64,000 nucleotides of DNA from assembly GCA_023205875.1 (NCBI GenBank), contig CP060755.1, positions 186,001-250,000 of the forward strand, written 5' to 3'. A program made the position numbers and the translations under genes. Under the pieces are notes generated by a model. It worked only from the letters and a program-made list of their open reading frames with translations. It did no database searches and was not told where the DNA came from. Below, piece after piece: positions 11,665-22,577 of this stretch; position 1 is the stretch's first letter, and every line of letters starts with the position of its first letter. Source of the stretch: Chloropicon primus. Its lineage: Eukaryota.

Positions 11665-13222
11665 TCAATCGAAGTCATCCAAGTCCCAGTCGCCGAGCCA
11701 GCTTCCCCCGTCCCCGTCCCCGTCGCCGTCGTCATTTCCAAACCACCCGCCCTCGTCGCCGTCGGCGCCCCCTTCACCCAAGTCTCCTGGAGGGGCGGCC
11801 TCTCCCGATCCCGCTGCATCTACGTCCTCCGAGCCTCCTCCGAAAATGCCAGGGAAAGGGAAGAACCAGGGCATTGGGGTCCCTCCGCCGCCGATGCCAT
11901 GGCTTCCGGAGTGCCTCGAAAAGTAGTCGAAATCGATCGAGATGACAGCTGAGGGCACGACGCAAAAACGCGAGCACAGGTCAGCGGTGATGATTTGTGT
12001 GCTTGAATGAGGGAGGGAGAGAGAGAGAGAGACTCGGACTCACCTGCGAGGGTAATCGCCCTCTCCGCCATGCTCAGGGGCCTCGCAACCTTTATGGCAT
12101 TGTACTGCTCGTCCTGAACCTCCACGTTCGTTCGACTCTTTGCCATCGCGGTGACGTTGGTCGAGGTGCTGGTCCACGGGTGGCCGATCTGCGTCGCCGG
12201 CCCGGTCCCGTGCCCTTCGACCATCTTCCTGCCCTTCGAGTCTCCCCCAAAGTGAATCACGTACTTGCCCGCGTCGGTGAAAAGCTCGATTCCGAAGCCT
12301 GAGAAATTCCTATCGATCAAAGCCAGCGTTCCTCCTGCCTCGTCCGTAATTTCAAACTCCCACGCCAGGAAGTTCCCTTTGATCTCCCCGAACTGGCCCT
12401 TGCCAAGGTACAAATCGTAGTTCCTCTTGAAGAGGTGCCACCGTTGGCGCACCTCGCCCAAAACGCCGCCGCTGCCGTCCTCGATGATGATGGTGGAGCT
12501 GATGAAGTAGCTGGAGACGGCGTGGAAACAAGAAAGCTGTGCTGTGAGTCGAGGAGGTCGAGCGTTTGCCCACTCAGGGGTGCGAGTACTTACAAGGGCC
12601 TGTAGATTCTGTACAGGAGACTCCCCCTGGAATCGAATATGTTGGCCGTCAGTGGCCTCCTCGTCCTCAGGATTTGCCTGGAAATCACCTTCCCGATGCC
12701 TTCGCCCTCCTCCTCGACGTAGCCGGCCACCAAGCCTCGGCTGTCCCTGAGGGTGTACCTGTTCTTCTGCTCGAAGCCGAGGAAGACATTAAACATTTCG
12801 ATCTCCCTGGTCACGATCAGGGCCTGCTGATCCAAGGAGAGCTCCCCGGTGTCCCGCACGAGGTCGTCGTCTCGCGTGTCATTCCTCTCCGCCAGAGAAG
12901 TCTCGACCCCTCGCCTCGCTAACCCTCCCCCTCCCCCCGATCTGGAGGGCGAAGGCGGAGTTACCCTCCTGCCCCTCCGCATCTTCGCCCTCTGCAACCT
13001 CGCCTGCTTCTTCTCTCGAGACATTCCGGACGAGTACTCCCTCGCCATCGTGTCCACAGGTTTTTCGTTCTGCACTCCCTGTCGCGACAAAAATCCAAAC
13101 AAGGACCCCCACAGCTTGAACCCGCCCAAACCAGTGGTAGACCCCACGCTCGTGAGGTCGGGCATCCTCGTCGCCGCCCGCGACACGAACCTCCCTCGTC
13201 CCAGCCTCACCAGCAACGCCAT
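11665..13222 (-). CDS. Phospholipid scramblase family protein (AIM25-like), multi-exon
   Basis: VTREIEMFNVFLGFEQKNRY, RQILRTRRP, GEVRQRWHLFKRNYDLY, ELFTDAGKYVIHF, AVISIDFDYFSRHS. Confidence 0.88.
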
Positions 13223-13294
13223 GGCTCTGCCCCCTCTGTTCCCCCAGAGTCAAAGATCTGTTGGGGAGCGCGGGAGGAGAGACAGAGACTTGTG

Positions 13295-14423
13295 ATGATG
13301 ACGAAGGTGATGGCGAGAGGCTCGGGGCGGAGGAGGGGTGTGGAGTCTTCCTTGGGGTCGGCAGCCTCCACGGCGACCTCGACTTCCTCAGGATGGACCT
13401 CGAGGAGGGCGGCGCGACCGAGGTTGGAGTCTAAGGCACCCGAGGTGAGGATGAAGATCTCGGCTGTCAGTGGTGGTGGTGGTGGTGGCGAGAGGAAGGA
13501 GCAGAGCGTGGTGGAGCAGCTCATCTTTCTTAGAATAGATCCCGAGCAGGTGGAGCCCGAGGACGCGAGGGAGTGCGTGGAGAACATTTGGTCGCTCCAG
13601 TACCAGACCGCTGGAGTCGTTTGCTCCTCGGCAGGAGCGAGCCTCGAGGAGAAGATAGGAAGCGGGCTGCTGGGCTCTCCCAAGGGCCTCGGGTACTTCA
13701 CCCACGCTGTCCACTTTCGGTTTCCCGGCAGGGACCAGATGGACACGTTCGTCCAGTCGCCTGTGGTCCAAAAGGTAAGGGGGATCACGTGGTGCGTTGC
13801 GTTTTGGATTCTCAGATCACAAGAGCTGACAAGAGCTGGCAACTGCCGTTTTCGATACTGTTCAGGTTTTTGCCAAGGAGTTCACCTCGAGTTGCGCGGA
13901 CAGGGCCGCGCTGAGCTTCGTGTCGAGCATCCCAGAGGACCTCTTCGCCATCTTCAGGAAGGGCCAGGACTGGGACGAGGGCTTTGACCACCTCATGGTC
14001 ATTCGGTGCGACACCACAGGGGAAGCAACAGCCAGAGTTGCGGGCATGAGGAAGCAGGTGGAAGAGCATCAACCGAGGATGGAGGAATACGGAATCCAAC
14101 AGCTCACGTTCGGCGTAGCAATCGAAAATGAAAAGCAAATCGGTGAGTTCCCACGCCTTAAGTGAGAGTGGTGGTGCACCGCCACCACCACCACCACCAT
14201 GACCGACGCGAGTTTTTGAGTTTTTGTGTGCTGATCGACGCGCTCTTTCTCTTCTCTTCGGACGGACGAAACAGGGGTCCTCATGCGGTTCAGGAACGAG
14301 TATGATTTCGATTATTTTACAAAAAGCATTCTTTACGCAAACTTTATAGGAAGTAGCAGCGTAAATTCCATGTCCATAGTCACTTACGGAGTAGGAAGCC
14401 AGCAGGAATCGAGACATTTGTAA
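13295..14423 (+). CDS. Stress-responsive alpha/beta-barrel (Dabb)-like protein with transit peptide, 3 exons
   Basis: VVEQLIFLR...IWSLQY...FTHAVHFRF. Introns near 13774-13865 and 14143-14274; spliced stop TAA at 14421-14423. Confidence 0.6.
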
Positions 14424-14488
14424 ATGATGCATCAATGACCAACAACCAAACAAAAACTCTTTCTCGCGCTCTAACCCTCCCCTCTCCC

Positions 14489-17400
14489 CTACATGTAGTC
14501 CGACGCGAGCATGTCATGGAGTCTGTTTTGCATGCCCGTGCCGAGGTGTTGGTCAGCAAGCTGAAGGAGCTGCGTGCCCATGGACTTGTGGAGGGTCATC
14601 ATGAGCTTCTGAGTAGTCATCCTGACCGCGGTCGACTTCTCGTTTAGCATCGAGAACGCGACCGGAACCACGTACTTGTTCACGAGCTGCTGCTTCCTGG
14701 AGTACACGCTTGGGACCAGGAAGTTCAGGTGCTCCATCAGCATGGGCTGACTTCGTGGGCCAGAGTGCTTGACGCAGTGGGAAAGGTTCTGCACGAGGTA
14801 AACCGAGTCAACTTCGTTGCATAACGAATTGAGGGTCTTGGACGCCTTCTGGCGTATCTTCTCGTTCGTCGAACCAATCGCAGAAGCTAGGGCAGGCATC
14901 AGGACGTTCAGGCCCACGACAGAAGTGTTCTTGGCGACTCTCACGACATCCGAGGTGGTCTGGAGGGCTTGCACGACCACCTTTGAGTTTCCGTCTGATA
15001 TTCTAGGGACCAGGGCGTCAAAGGCAGCGATCAATCTGCTCTCCTGCACATCCCCGAGCCTCACCAAATCCTTCTCGAGCGATTGCAATCCCTGGTACCT
15101 CTCCCTCCAGTCCTGAGACGCCTTGATCTTTTCGACCGTCTCTTGGAAGCTCTCCTCCGCCTCGGGACTGCTCGAGTTTCCTGCTCTGCGCGACCTTGAG
15201 GGGGCGCGCTGCTGCCTCTGCGTCCCATCGACGGTAAGGCCTTGGAACCCCTTGCCCTCCGCGGCGTACTGGGAGCCGCTCCTCTCCTTGGACCTTGGCC
15301 TCGCAGTCCCGCTGGCGCTGGCGCCGGTGCTGGTCGTGGCCGGAGGTGGGTTCGTCACCGCATTCCTGATCTGCTTGGCCTTGATGTCGGAGACCTTGTT
15401 CAGGAAGCTCCTGACCTCGTGAGGAACCACCTCCCCGAGCGTCCAAAACAGTTGCTTGCTGTACCCTCTCGTCACGTTGGAAGGTTCATCCAAGTAAGAG
15501 GCCGCCGTGGACATGATTTTGTCCAACAAGTCCCTGTTCTGGAAGACCCTCCTCGAGGACTTTGACACCACCTTGTGAAGGTGCATAATGACTTTGGTCC
15601 TAATCGTGCCCGACTTGTGCTTCGAGCAGGCCAGCAGGGCCTGGGCGGACTTCACCTCGTTGCAGTTTGCAACCATCTTGCTCAGCACTGCATCTGCTTC
15701 CTGGGAAAGGAAAGTCTTCTTTGTCCTCCCAGCCGTCGAGGACTCGCCGGCCTTCTTCAGCAAGGAGGGAACAACGTGCTCAAGCTCGGGGTCTGCGTAC
15801 GTCTTGAGCGTGCAAAAGATTTCCCTGAAAAGCATCATCGTGTTCTTCACGGTGTAGGACCTCAACTCCACCAGGGCAGGCTTCACTGCCAGGATCAGGG
15901 CGTGCAGCTGCGGCAGAACGACCGAAGAGTGGTTCACGACCAACCTCCTCGCATTTGTCACCGCCTCGTACTGGGCGATCCAGTTCAGCTCCTTTCGATT
16001 GGCCGAATTCGCGATCGCGAGCGCGGACAGCACGTCCTTCAAGGTGCCGTCGGGGTCCAGGCACGGCTGGAGCTCGTTTGTCGCGAACTCCAGAGGCTTG
16101 CCTGTGTCATTGAGGCCATTCCTCTCGTATTTCGAGCTCACAAGTCTGCAGACCGGGGACCTCACAGTCTCGCTGTTAAACACGGACCTTTGGTTCCTGA
16201 AAGTCTTTGGAGTGCTGATCCCCCCGGAAGCAAAGGTGGAGTTCGAGGCGGAAGAGTCCGTCACAGTGATGTTGCACTGCTGCGCCTTCGCCCTCGCAGT
16301 CCGGGCCATCCTTGGGGTGCTGTACCTTCCCGGCGGGGGGCAGAGCGAATTCGAGGTGAAGATGCTCCTGTTGCTGATCTGAAGGGGATCGTTCATGTAG
16401 TAACCGAGCGTGGGGTCTGATTTGGCCCGCTGGAGGACGGCGTTTGCGCTGTTCGCCCTCCTGCTCTCTTGCCTCCTCTTCAAGATCGCCAGCTTGTCGA
16501 CGACCATGCTGCGCCCAGAGGCACGCCACCCGCTCCCAGGCCGAGACCCGCCCTGGCCCTCCTCCCTGCCCTCTCCAGACCCGCTCGCCGCTGGGGCTTC
16601 TGCCTTGGAAGTCGCCCTGCTTGGTCGAATGTACCTCTTCTGCTGAGGCCTCTTGTCCATCTCGGACGAGGACGATGCTGGGACAACGCCTTCCTTGCTG
16701 TACCCCCTGGGGAGATCCGGCCTGCCGTGCATGTCTGGCTTGCCGTTGACACCGCTGTCGTCGGCGGGATCCGGGCCCCCGAAACCCAAAGACCGCCTGA
16801 CCTGAGGAACGTACTTTCCTATGCCGTTCGCGTCTCCATTCGCTTTCCTGCTTTGCTGGCTCCCGAGCATGTAATCTCCGTTTCCGTTCGACGTCATGCC
16901 AGCCTGGTACTCAGCGGCGTCTTTCCCGTCCAACCCCATGTTAGTGTTGCTGCTCGCGTACGTCGATGACATAAGGGAGCTGTCCTTGTTGGTGTACGCG
17001 CCGCTGTCGTACTTGGAGATGGCGTCCATCTCATTGTTGGACAAGGGCATGATGTCGCTCCTCGTGCTCTTCAGCTGGTCATAATCAGTAGTCCCGTTCG
17101 AGACCACCACCCGGCGAGTATCCATCCCCCTCTGCTCTGAGTACGGGACCTCCACCAGACCCAAGTTCTCCTTCCTCCGCAGCAGGGGCTTGCCGCCGTT
17201 GAGGTACTCCGTCTTGGCGTCCTTGGGCGACGAGTTCTTCCTCAGCATGGCCACGGTGTTCTTGTTCTCGTTGTTCAAGATCCTTCTCGGCTTGCTCGAC
17301 CAAGAGTACTGGACGGTGCCGTCCGATGTTATCACAGGCAGGGAATCGTTCTGCACCCTCTCAGTGATTCTGTTCTGCACCCTCTCACTCACGTTGCACG

Positions 17401-17662
17401 AGGAGAGCAAGCTGGAGAACCTCGAGCCCGTAATCTTGTTCACAACAGCGATGGCTTCCAGAGCGACAGATCCCGTTCTTTGGCTCTCGTTCCCAACAGC
17501 GTTTGTGAGAAAGGGAAGCATCGACCCAAAGTCGAACTCCTCGTGATTAATGGTCAAGAGCGCGGTGACGACAACGTTCAAAGTCTCCTCCGAGGCTTGC
17601 ATATTCGAGTAGTTGAACTGTGTCATGGTCCCCGGAATAGGCTGTGCCTTCATAAGCTTCAT
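14489..17662 (-). CDS. TOG/HEAT-repeat microtubule regulator (TOGARAM/Crescerin/CLASP-N type); 5' end uncertain
   Basis: WIAQYEAVTNARRL..H, ELRSYTVKN, LLKKAGE...FL, DWRERYQGL...RISDGNSKV: two C-terminal TOG domains after a disordered linker. Confidence 0.75.
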   Translation of the reverse strand: MKLMKAQPIPGTMTQFNYSNMQASEETLNVVVTALLTINHEEFDFGSMLPFLTNAVGNESQRTGSVALEAIAVVNKITGSRFSSLLSSCNVSERVQNRITERVQNDSLPVITSDGTVQYSWSSKPRRILNNENKNTVAMLRKNSSPKDAKTEYLNGGKPLLRRKENLGLVEVPYSEQRGMDTRRVVVSNGTTDYDQLKSTRSDIMPLSNNEMDAISKYDSGAYTNKDSSLMSSTYASSNTNMGLDGKDAAEYQAGMTSNGNGDYMLGSQQSRKANGDANGIGKYVPQVRRSLGFGGPDPADDSGVNGKPDMHGRPDLPRGYSKEGVVPASSSSEMDKRPQQKRYIRPSRATSKAEAPAASGSGEGREEGQGGSRPGSGWRASGRSMVVDKLAILKRRQESRRANSANAVLQRAKSDPTLGYYMNDPLQISNRSIFTSNSLCPPPGRYSTPRMARTARAKAQQCNITVTDSSASNSTFASGGISTPKTFRNQRSVFNSETVRSPVCRLVSSKYERNGLNDTGKPLEFATNELQPCLDPDGTLKDVLSALAIANSANRKELNWIAQYEAVTNARRLVVNHSSVVLPQLHALILAVKPALVELRSYTVKNTMMLFREIFCTLKTYADPELEHVVPSLLKKAGESSTAGRTKKTFLSQEADAVLSKMVANCNEVKSAQALLACSKHKSGTIRTKVIMHLHKVVSKSSRRVFQNRDLLDKIMSTAASYLDEPSNVTRGYSKQLFWTLGEVVPHEVRSFLNKVSDIKAKQIRNAVTNPPPATTSTGASASGTARPRSKERSGSQYAAEGKGFQGLTVDGTQRQQRAPSRSRRAGNSSSPEAEESFQETVEKIKASQDWRERYQGLQSLEKDLVRLGDVQESRLIAAFDALVPRISDGNSKVVVQALQTTSDVVRVAKNTSVVGLNVLMPALASAIGSTNEKIRQKASKTLNSLCNEVDSVYLVQNLSHCVKHSGPRSQPMLMEHLNFLVPSVYSRKQQLVNKYVVPVAFSMLNEKSTAVRMTTQKLMMTLHKSMGTQLLQLADQHLGTGMQNRLHDMLASDYM

Positions 17663-18405
17663 TCTCCACTAGGTGGGACGCCAGTACTGTCCAAAAGATG
17701 AACACCCAAGCGCACCAAAACACAACAAACCTATATGTAGATAGACAAACTCACGGGGGCGTCACACACAGCAGCGGCTCTTGGTTCCAAGGCCACTCAT
17801 AAGATCCGTCCCTCCCCTTGTTTTCGTCCTCCCCCTTTTCTAAAGCCCACAACGCTCCCCTGTCGGTTCCTCTCTCTTGTTCCCTTCCCTCGCTGTCTCT
17901 GTCGACCCTCTCCCCTCTTCCCTCTCCTCTCTCTCGGCGAAGACAACGAACAACGAACACCAAGGAGGACAACACCGTCCCTCTGCTTGCGCCGAAACCA
18001 AAGCCACACCAAGCCACACCAAGCCCAAGTGTGTGTGTCTCTTCGTTTGTCCTTAACTGAATCCATCGATCCATCCATCGGGAAGGGAAAGCCAAAGGAG
18101 GAAACCCGAAGAGAGAGAGAGAGAGAGAGAGAGGAGAGGAGAGGATTCGAAAAAAAAGAGAAAGAGAAAGAGAATTGAATCAAGGGAAAGGAAAACTCTC
18201 CTCCTCTCTTCCTCCTCTCCTCTCTTCCCTTTACACCGAATCGATGACGTCCTGCCAACATGACCCGGTTCCCGCGTTTTTCGGTCCCTGGCTGGATCTT
18301 GGGAACAAGGACAAGGACGAGGACGGGAGCGAGGCACTCACTCCTTGACTCCTTGACTCTTTCAAGATACCTTTGGAGGGGCAGAGCGGGGCCAAGACGA
18401 CGAGC

Positions 18406-20898
18406 ATGTCGTTAAGGGAGCCTTCGGTGAGGGTGGTGAGCGAAAGGAGAGGGAAAGGGGCGGGTCATGGGGTGGTCAGGCCCTTGTCAGCACCGGTGGT
18501 CGTCAGGGAAAACTTTGTCACGGAGGAGAGAGGGGACGGGGACGAAGGGGATCCAACGCCGTTGGCAAGAGGTGGCCAAGAGCTGACTGGGTCTTCCTCC
18601 CAACTCGGCAGGAAAGATGCCAGCTTGGCGGACAGCATGCTGGACACCGCGCGGGAGGCCCTGGGCAACCTTGAGGACCTGAAAAAGTGGGTGTACGACG
18701 ACTCAAGCAAGTCCTCCCTGTCCAACCGCGTCAGCGCTGCTACGAAGCAGAGGGCCTTGAGGAAGACGTTGCTCAAGATTGCAACGACCTGCCACTCGCT
18801 CAAGGAGCTGGAGCTGAAGTGCGAGAACAGCAAGACCCAGGAGGCCGAGCTGGAGCTGGAGCTGAAGCTGAAGGAAGAGTCGCGCTACGACACGCTCAAC
18901 ACGCTCAACGAGACGGCGGGGGAGCTGCAGAGGGCCGTGGATGACCTGAAGTCCCTGAGGGAAAAGCACGACGTTCTGGAGAGGGAGAACGTGATAAAGG
19001 AGAGGAAGCTGGAGGACCTCGAGGATCGCTCGAAGCAGACTCTGGAAGCCCTCAACAAGCTCGAGGAAGCCCACCAGAGGACCGAGGCGGAGAAGGGGGA
19101 GATCACGGACAGGTACAACAAGCTGGTGGAGACCGAGCGTAAGCTTCACCTCCCAGACCTTAGGAACGCGCTCTCGTCCGCCACGGCGAAGGTGGCCAAG
19201 TACGAGAAGTCGCTCGAGCAGAGCCAGAAGATCATCGCCCAAGTCACCGCGGACAACCTCGTCTTCCTGACCAAGTTCAAAGACGCGGAGGAGAAGTTTA
19301 GGGAAAGCGAGATGAGAAGGGAGGAGCTCCAGGTCATGGTCGACGAGCAGAAGGGCCCTTGGTTCGACAAGGTGAGGGGGGATATTCAACAGCAGGTTGA
19401 GAGCGACTGGCAAAAGATCCACAACCTTGAGAACGAGCTCTCCGCAGCAGAGCTCGAGTCGAAGAAAGAGATCAATCGACTGCAAGAGAAAGTGGAGGGC
19501 CTGAGCTCCGAGAACGAGGAGTTGCAAAAGGTCAAGGGCAGCATGGAGGAGAGGATCAAAAGCTTGAAGGAAAAGCTGAGGCAAAGGGAGGAGAAGGACA
19601 TCAAGGCTGCTACAGACTTTGAATCACTGAACCAGCTGCTCAAGGACAACTTGGCGGAGAACAAGGTATTGAGGGAGACGATTAACGACGAGCGGCACAC
19701 GATCGCAGATCTGACGCTCGAGTCCCAGGACCAGAAGCACGTGATCGAGCAGCTGAAGAGCGACCTGAAGTTCGACAGGGTCACCTTGCAGGAACTCAGG
19801 GTGAACTTGCAGAAAGAGAAGTGGGCCCTCGAGACTCAGAGGCGCATCAACAAGGAACTGATGAGCAGGAAGGAGGAGATGGAATGGAGGCTCATGGAGT
19901 TCCAAGTTGGGGGAGGGGAAGGGAAGAGTGCCGAGGACTCGAACGCTGACCTGGCTGCAATGAGGGAGGAGGCTGGGACAGGAGGCCGGCAGGAGAGTCA
20001 TTCCAGACCTTCTGCGAACTCTGCCGAGAAGCAGCCGGAGGCAGTGGCCCCTCGGAAAGACGACGCGGTCAAAAGCGACTTCTCGTACAAGGTTGTAGAG
20101 AAGGAAAAGAAGGTGGAGGAACAAGTCGTGGAGAGGAAATCCCCCGGTTTCCGCGAGGAGGTTTGCGAGCCCTCCGGGAAAGATGATACGCAGGAAGGCT
20201 CGGTACCTGCTGGCCTGACGGAATCCAACTTGAAACGCCACATACAGGGAGAGAAAGCCTCGAAAGCTTCGAAAGCTTCAAGTGAAGCGAGTGGCAAAGC
20301 CGCGAAGGGGGAAAGATTGACTATTGAGGAGCTCGAGGACAACATAGCAACCTCGAAAGACAAGCACGCGGAGCTGCTACAAGCATTCTTTCCTGCACAA
20401 AGTGAGAAGAGGATCGAAGAGAACCCTCTGCAAGTCCACCAGAGACTGGTCCAAAAGATAATTGGCGACGATACTTACGTCCCTGTGAGTCACAGCGTTC
20501 CTTCGGGCGAGATTTCTTCCGCGGATGCCACGATAGCGAGCATGCTCCGAGAGAGCATAACGGAAAACTCGAGCATAGGGGAACTTGAGGCCTCCATCGC
20601 GTTGGCCAAGAGCGAGTACAGCAAGATGATGGATAACTTCTCTAACCTCGTGGACAACTTGAAGAATGAGTCGGCCAGCCCTGGGCTGGAAACGATGCCC
20701 GTCCTGCCGGAAAGCATACAGAAAATGGCCGAGGAACAATTTGTGGAGCACTGGCAGATTGCGGACGGCAACCACTCCGAAACAAAGGAGTCGATCCAAG
20801 CCAGCGAGATCAAAGTCAGCGAGTGGCTGGACAATAAGATAAGCGAAGAGTGGAACAAGCAGTTCATGCCTGGATACCAGGAAGGGGACGAAAGTTAG
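18406..20898 (+). CDS. Long coiled-coil protein of unknown function
   Basis: About 830-aa open frame with heptad, E/K/L-rich composition. Confidence 0.8.
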   Translation: MSLREPSVRVVSERRGKGAGHGVVRPLSAPVVVRENFVTEERGDGDEGDPTPLARGGQELTGSSSQLGRKDASLADSMLDTAREALGNLEDLKKWVYDDSSKSSLSNRVSAATKQRALRKTLLKIATTCHSLKELELKCENSKTQEAELELELKLKEESRYDTLNTLNETAGELQRAVDDLKSLREKHDVLERENVIKERKLEDLEDRSKQTLEALNKLEEAHQRTEAEKGEITDRYNKLVETERKLHLPDLRNALSSATAKVAKYEKSLEQSQKIIAQVTADNLVFLTKFKDAEEKFRESEMRREELQVMVDEQKGPWFDKVRGDIQQQVESDWQKIHNLENELSAAELESKKEINRLQEKVEGLSSENEELQKVKGSMEERIKSLKEKLRQREEKDIKAATDFESLNQLLKDNLAENKVLRETINDERHTIADLTLESQDQKHVIEQLKSDLKFDRVTLQELRVNLQKEKWALETQRRINKELMSRKEEMEWRLMEFQVGGGEGKSAEDSNADLAAMREEAGTGGRQESHSRPSANSAEKQPEAVAPRKDDAVKSDFSYKVVEKEKKVEEQVVERKSPGFREEVCEPSGKDDTQEGSVPAGLTESNLKRHIQGEKASKASKASSEASGKAAKGERLTIEELEDNIATSKDKHAELLQAFFPAQSEKRIEENPLQVHQRLVQKIIGDDTYVPVSHSVPSGEISSADATIASMLRESITENSSIGELEASIALAKSEYSKMMDNFSNLVDNLKNESASPGLETMPVLPESIQKMAEEQFVEHWQIADGNHSETKESIQASEIKVSEWLDNKISEEWNKQFMPGYQEGDES

Positions 20899-20957
20899 CT
20901 TGGTGAAAACATTTTGTACAGCAGTCTAGGATTGAAAGATACAAATAACTTTTTTTT

Positions 20958-22174
20958 TCAGGTCGCATCCTCCACATCCTTCTCGTCCACTTTGACAATC
21001 TGGCTGTCATCAGAAATGCTCCCCAAGTCCTCCTCCAGCTCGTTAATGTAGTCGTCAAGGTTCTCGTCGTCGTCGTCGTCGTCGTTCACTCCGTCCCCTT
21101 CTTCGTCAGACATGTCCTTGTTCGCCAGGACGCTCTCTAGATAAGCCTCCAAATCATCCGACAAGTCATCTGCCACCTCCCCTTCGCTCCCCTCGCCGTC
21201 CGCACCCGGGTCTTCCACCTTGCTCTCCGAGGGAGCTTCCTCACCCAAGCTCATTCCTGAAACCTTTTCCGTGGCCCCCCTCAATGGATCCGCCCTCTCT
21301 TCCTCTCCCCCCGTCCTGCCGGTGTTGTCCTTGCCCCCGCCGCCCTCGAAAAGAAGTTTCTGGGAGAGGGCAAAGTAAATCTCCCAGAAGCGTTGCTCGC
21401 TCATCTTCTTTGGGGTGAGAAGGTACCTGCAGTCCCGGAGCTCCTTCGATACCTTGAGGATCTGGAGGACGTGGTTCTCTTGCCACGGCGTCAGCTTCCA
21501 GGACTCGTTGTCCTCCTTGGGCCACTCCTGGGACTTGGCGAGAAACATGTCAGAGGTGAGACCCTTCACGAAGGAAACCATCTCCTCAGTCACGCGATAT
21601 CGTTCCATCTCGCTCTTCTGGCTCTGCTCTTCCGAGGGGGGGCCTCCCATCTTCGCGGACAACAGAGCTGCAGGCCCAGAGAGAAAAACGAGGAGAGAAA
21701 AAGTCAGTTTATCCCTGTCCGGCCTCGGCACGAGTCCCACCTCTCACGCACCTGCAGAGTTAGCCGTGAGTTCGCGTAGCTGGCCTTGCGCCTCCTCCGC
21801 CGTCGCCTTCGCGTTGTTCGCCATGTCCTTGGCCACATCCTTCGCCCGAGAAAAGAGAGTGCTCAAGCTGTCGAGGCCTGGAGCAGGCCCAAGAAGACGA
21901 GGGGCAAAGTCAGTCAGTTCTGCAAAGCTGAGAAAAAGCGTCCGCCGCACTCACCTGTGGCTTTCGTCTCCCCGGAAGAATCAACGTCGGCCTTGGGGAC
22001 CTCGTTCCCGCTCGTCGAGCCCTCGTTCTCGGCACTCGTCGTCGCACTATTCACCACCCTGCGAAACTCCTCTTGTGTCTTCGCAGCGTGTGTCTTCGCT
22101 TGGGCCGCTGCCTGTGTCGCCGCTTCGGTCGCCTCTTTCGCCAAGGCGCTCACAGAGGAAAAGAACGACTGCAT
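20958..22174 (-). CDS. BSD domain protein, multi-exon
   Basis: LTPWQENH...KELRDCRYLLTPKKMSEQRFWEIYF followed by an acidic tail. Confidence 0.85.
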
Positions 22175-22577
22175 CGTAGCCCCCTCGCTCGCTCGTCCTC
22201 CCCTCCGAAGGCGAAGGGTCCCCTCTCCTCTCCTCTCAATCTCTGGCCATATTGCATATTACATCAGATTTAGCAAATGTTTAGAATCCTCGTGTGATCG
22301 CTGGTGAGAGCGATCACACTCATGGACGCACCCGCAGGGCTTCGCCAGAGCTAGGCCTGCTCAATGAACGCTTCCATTCCCTGGGCGGGACTTGGAGAGG
22401 ACACTTGCTAATCCCAGTGCGGCACACCCAGTGCGGCATCACCATCGTATCGACCTGTTCCCATCGTGTAGGGGACGAACCTTGCTCTCAAGGCAGGGCG
22501 TTCTGTCCTCCTCATCCTCATCAACAACTATCAACAACTACAACAACTATCAACTATCAACAGTCCAGGGGCGGAGC

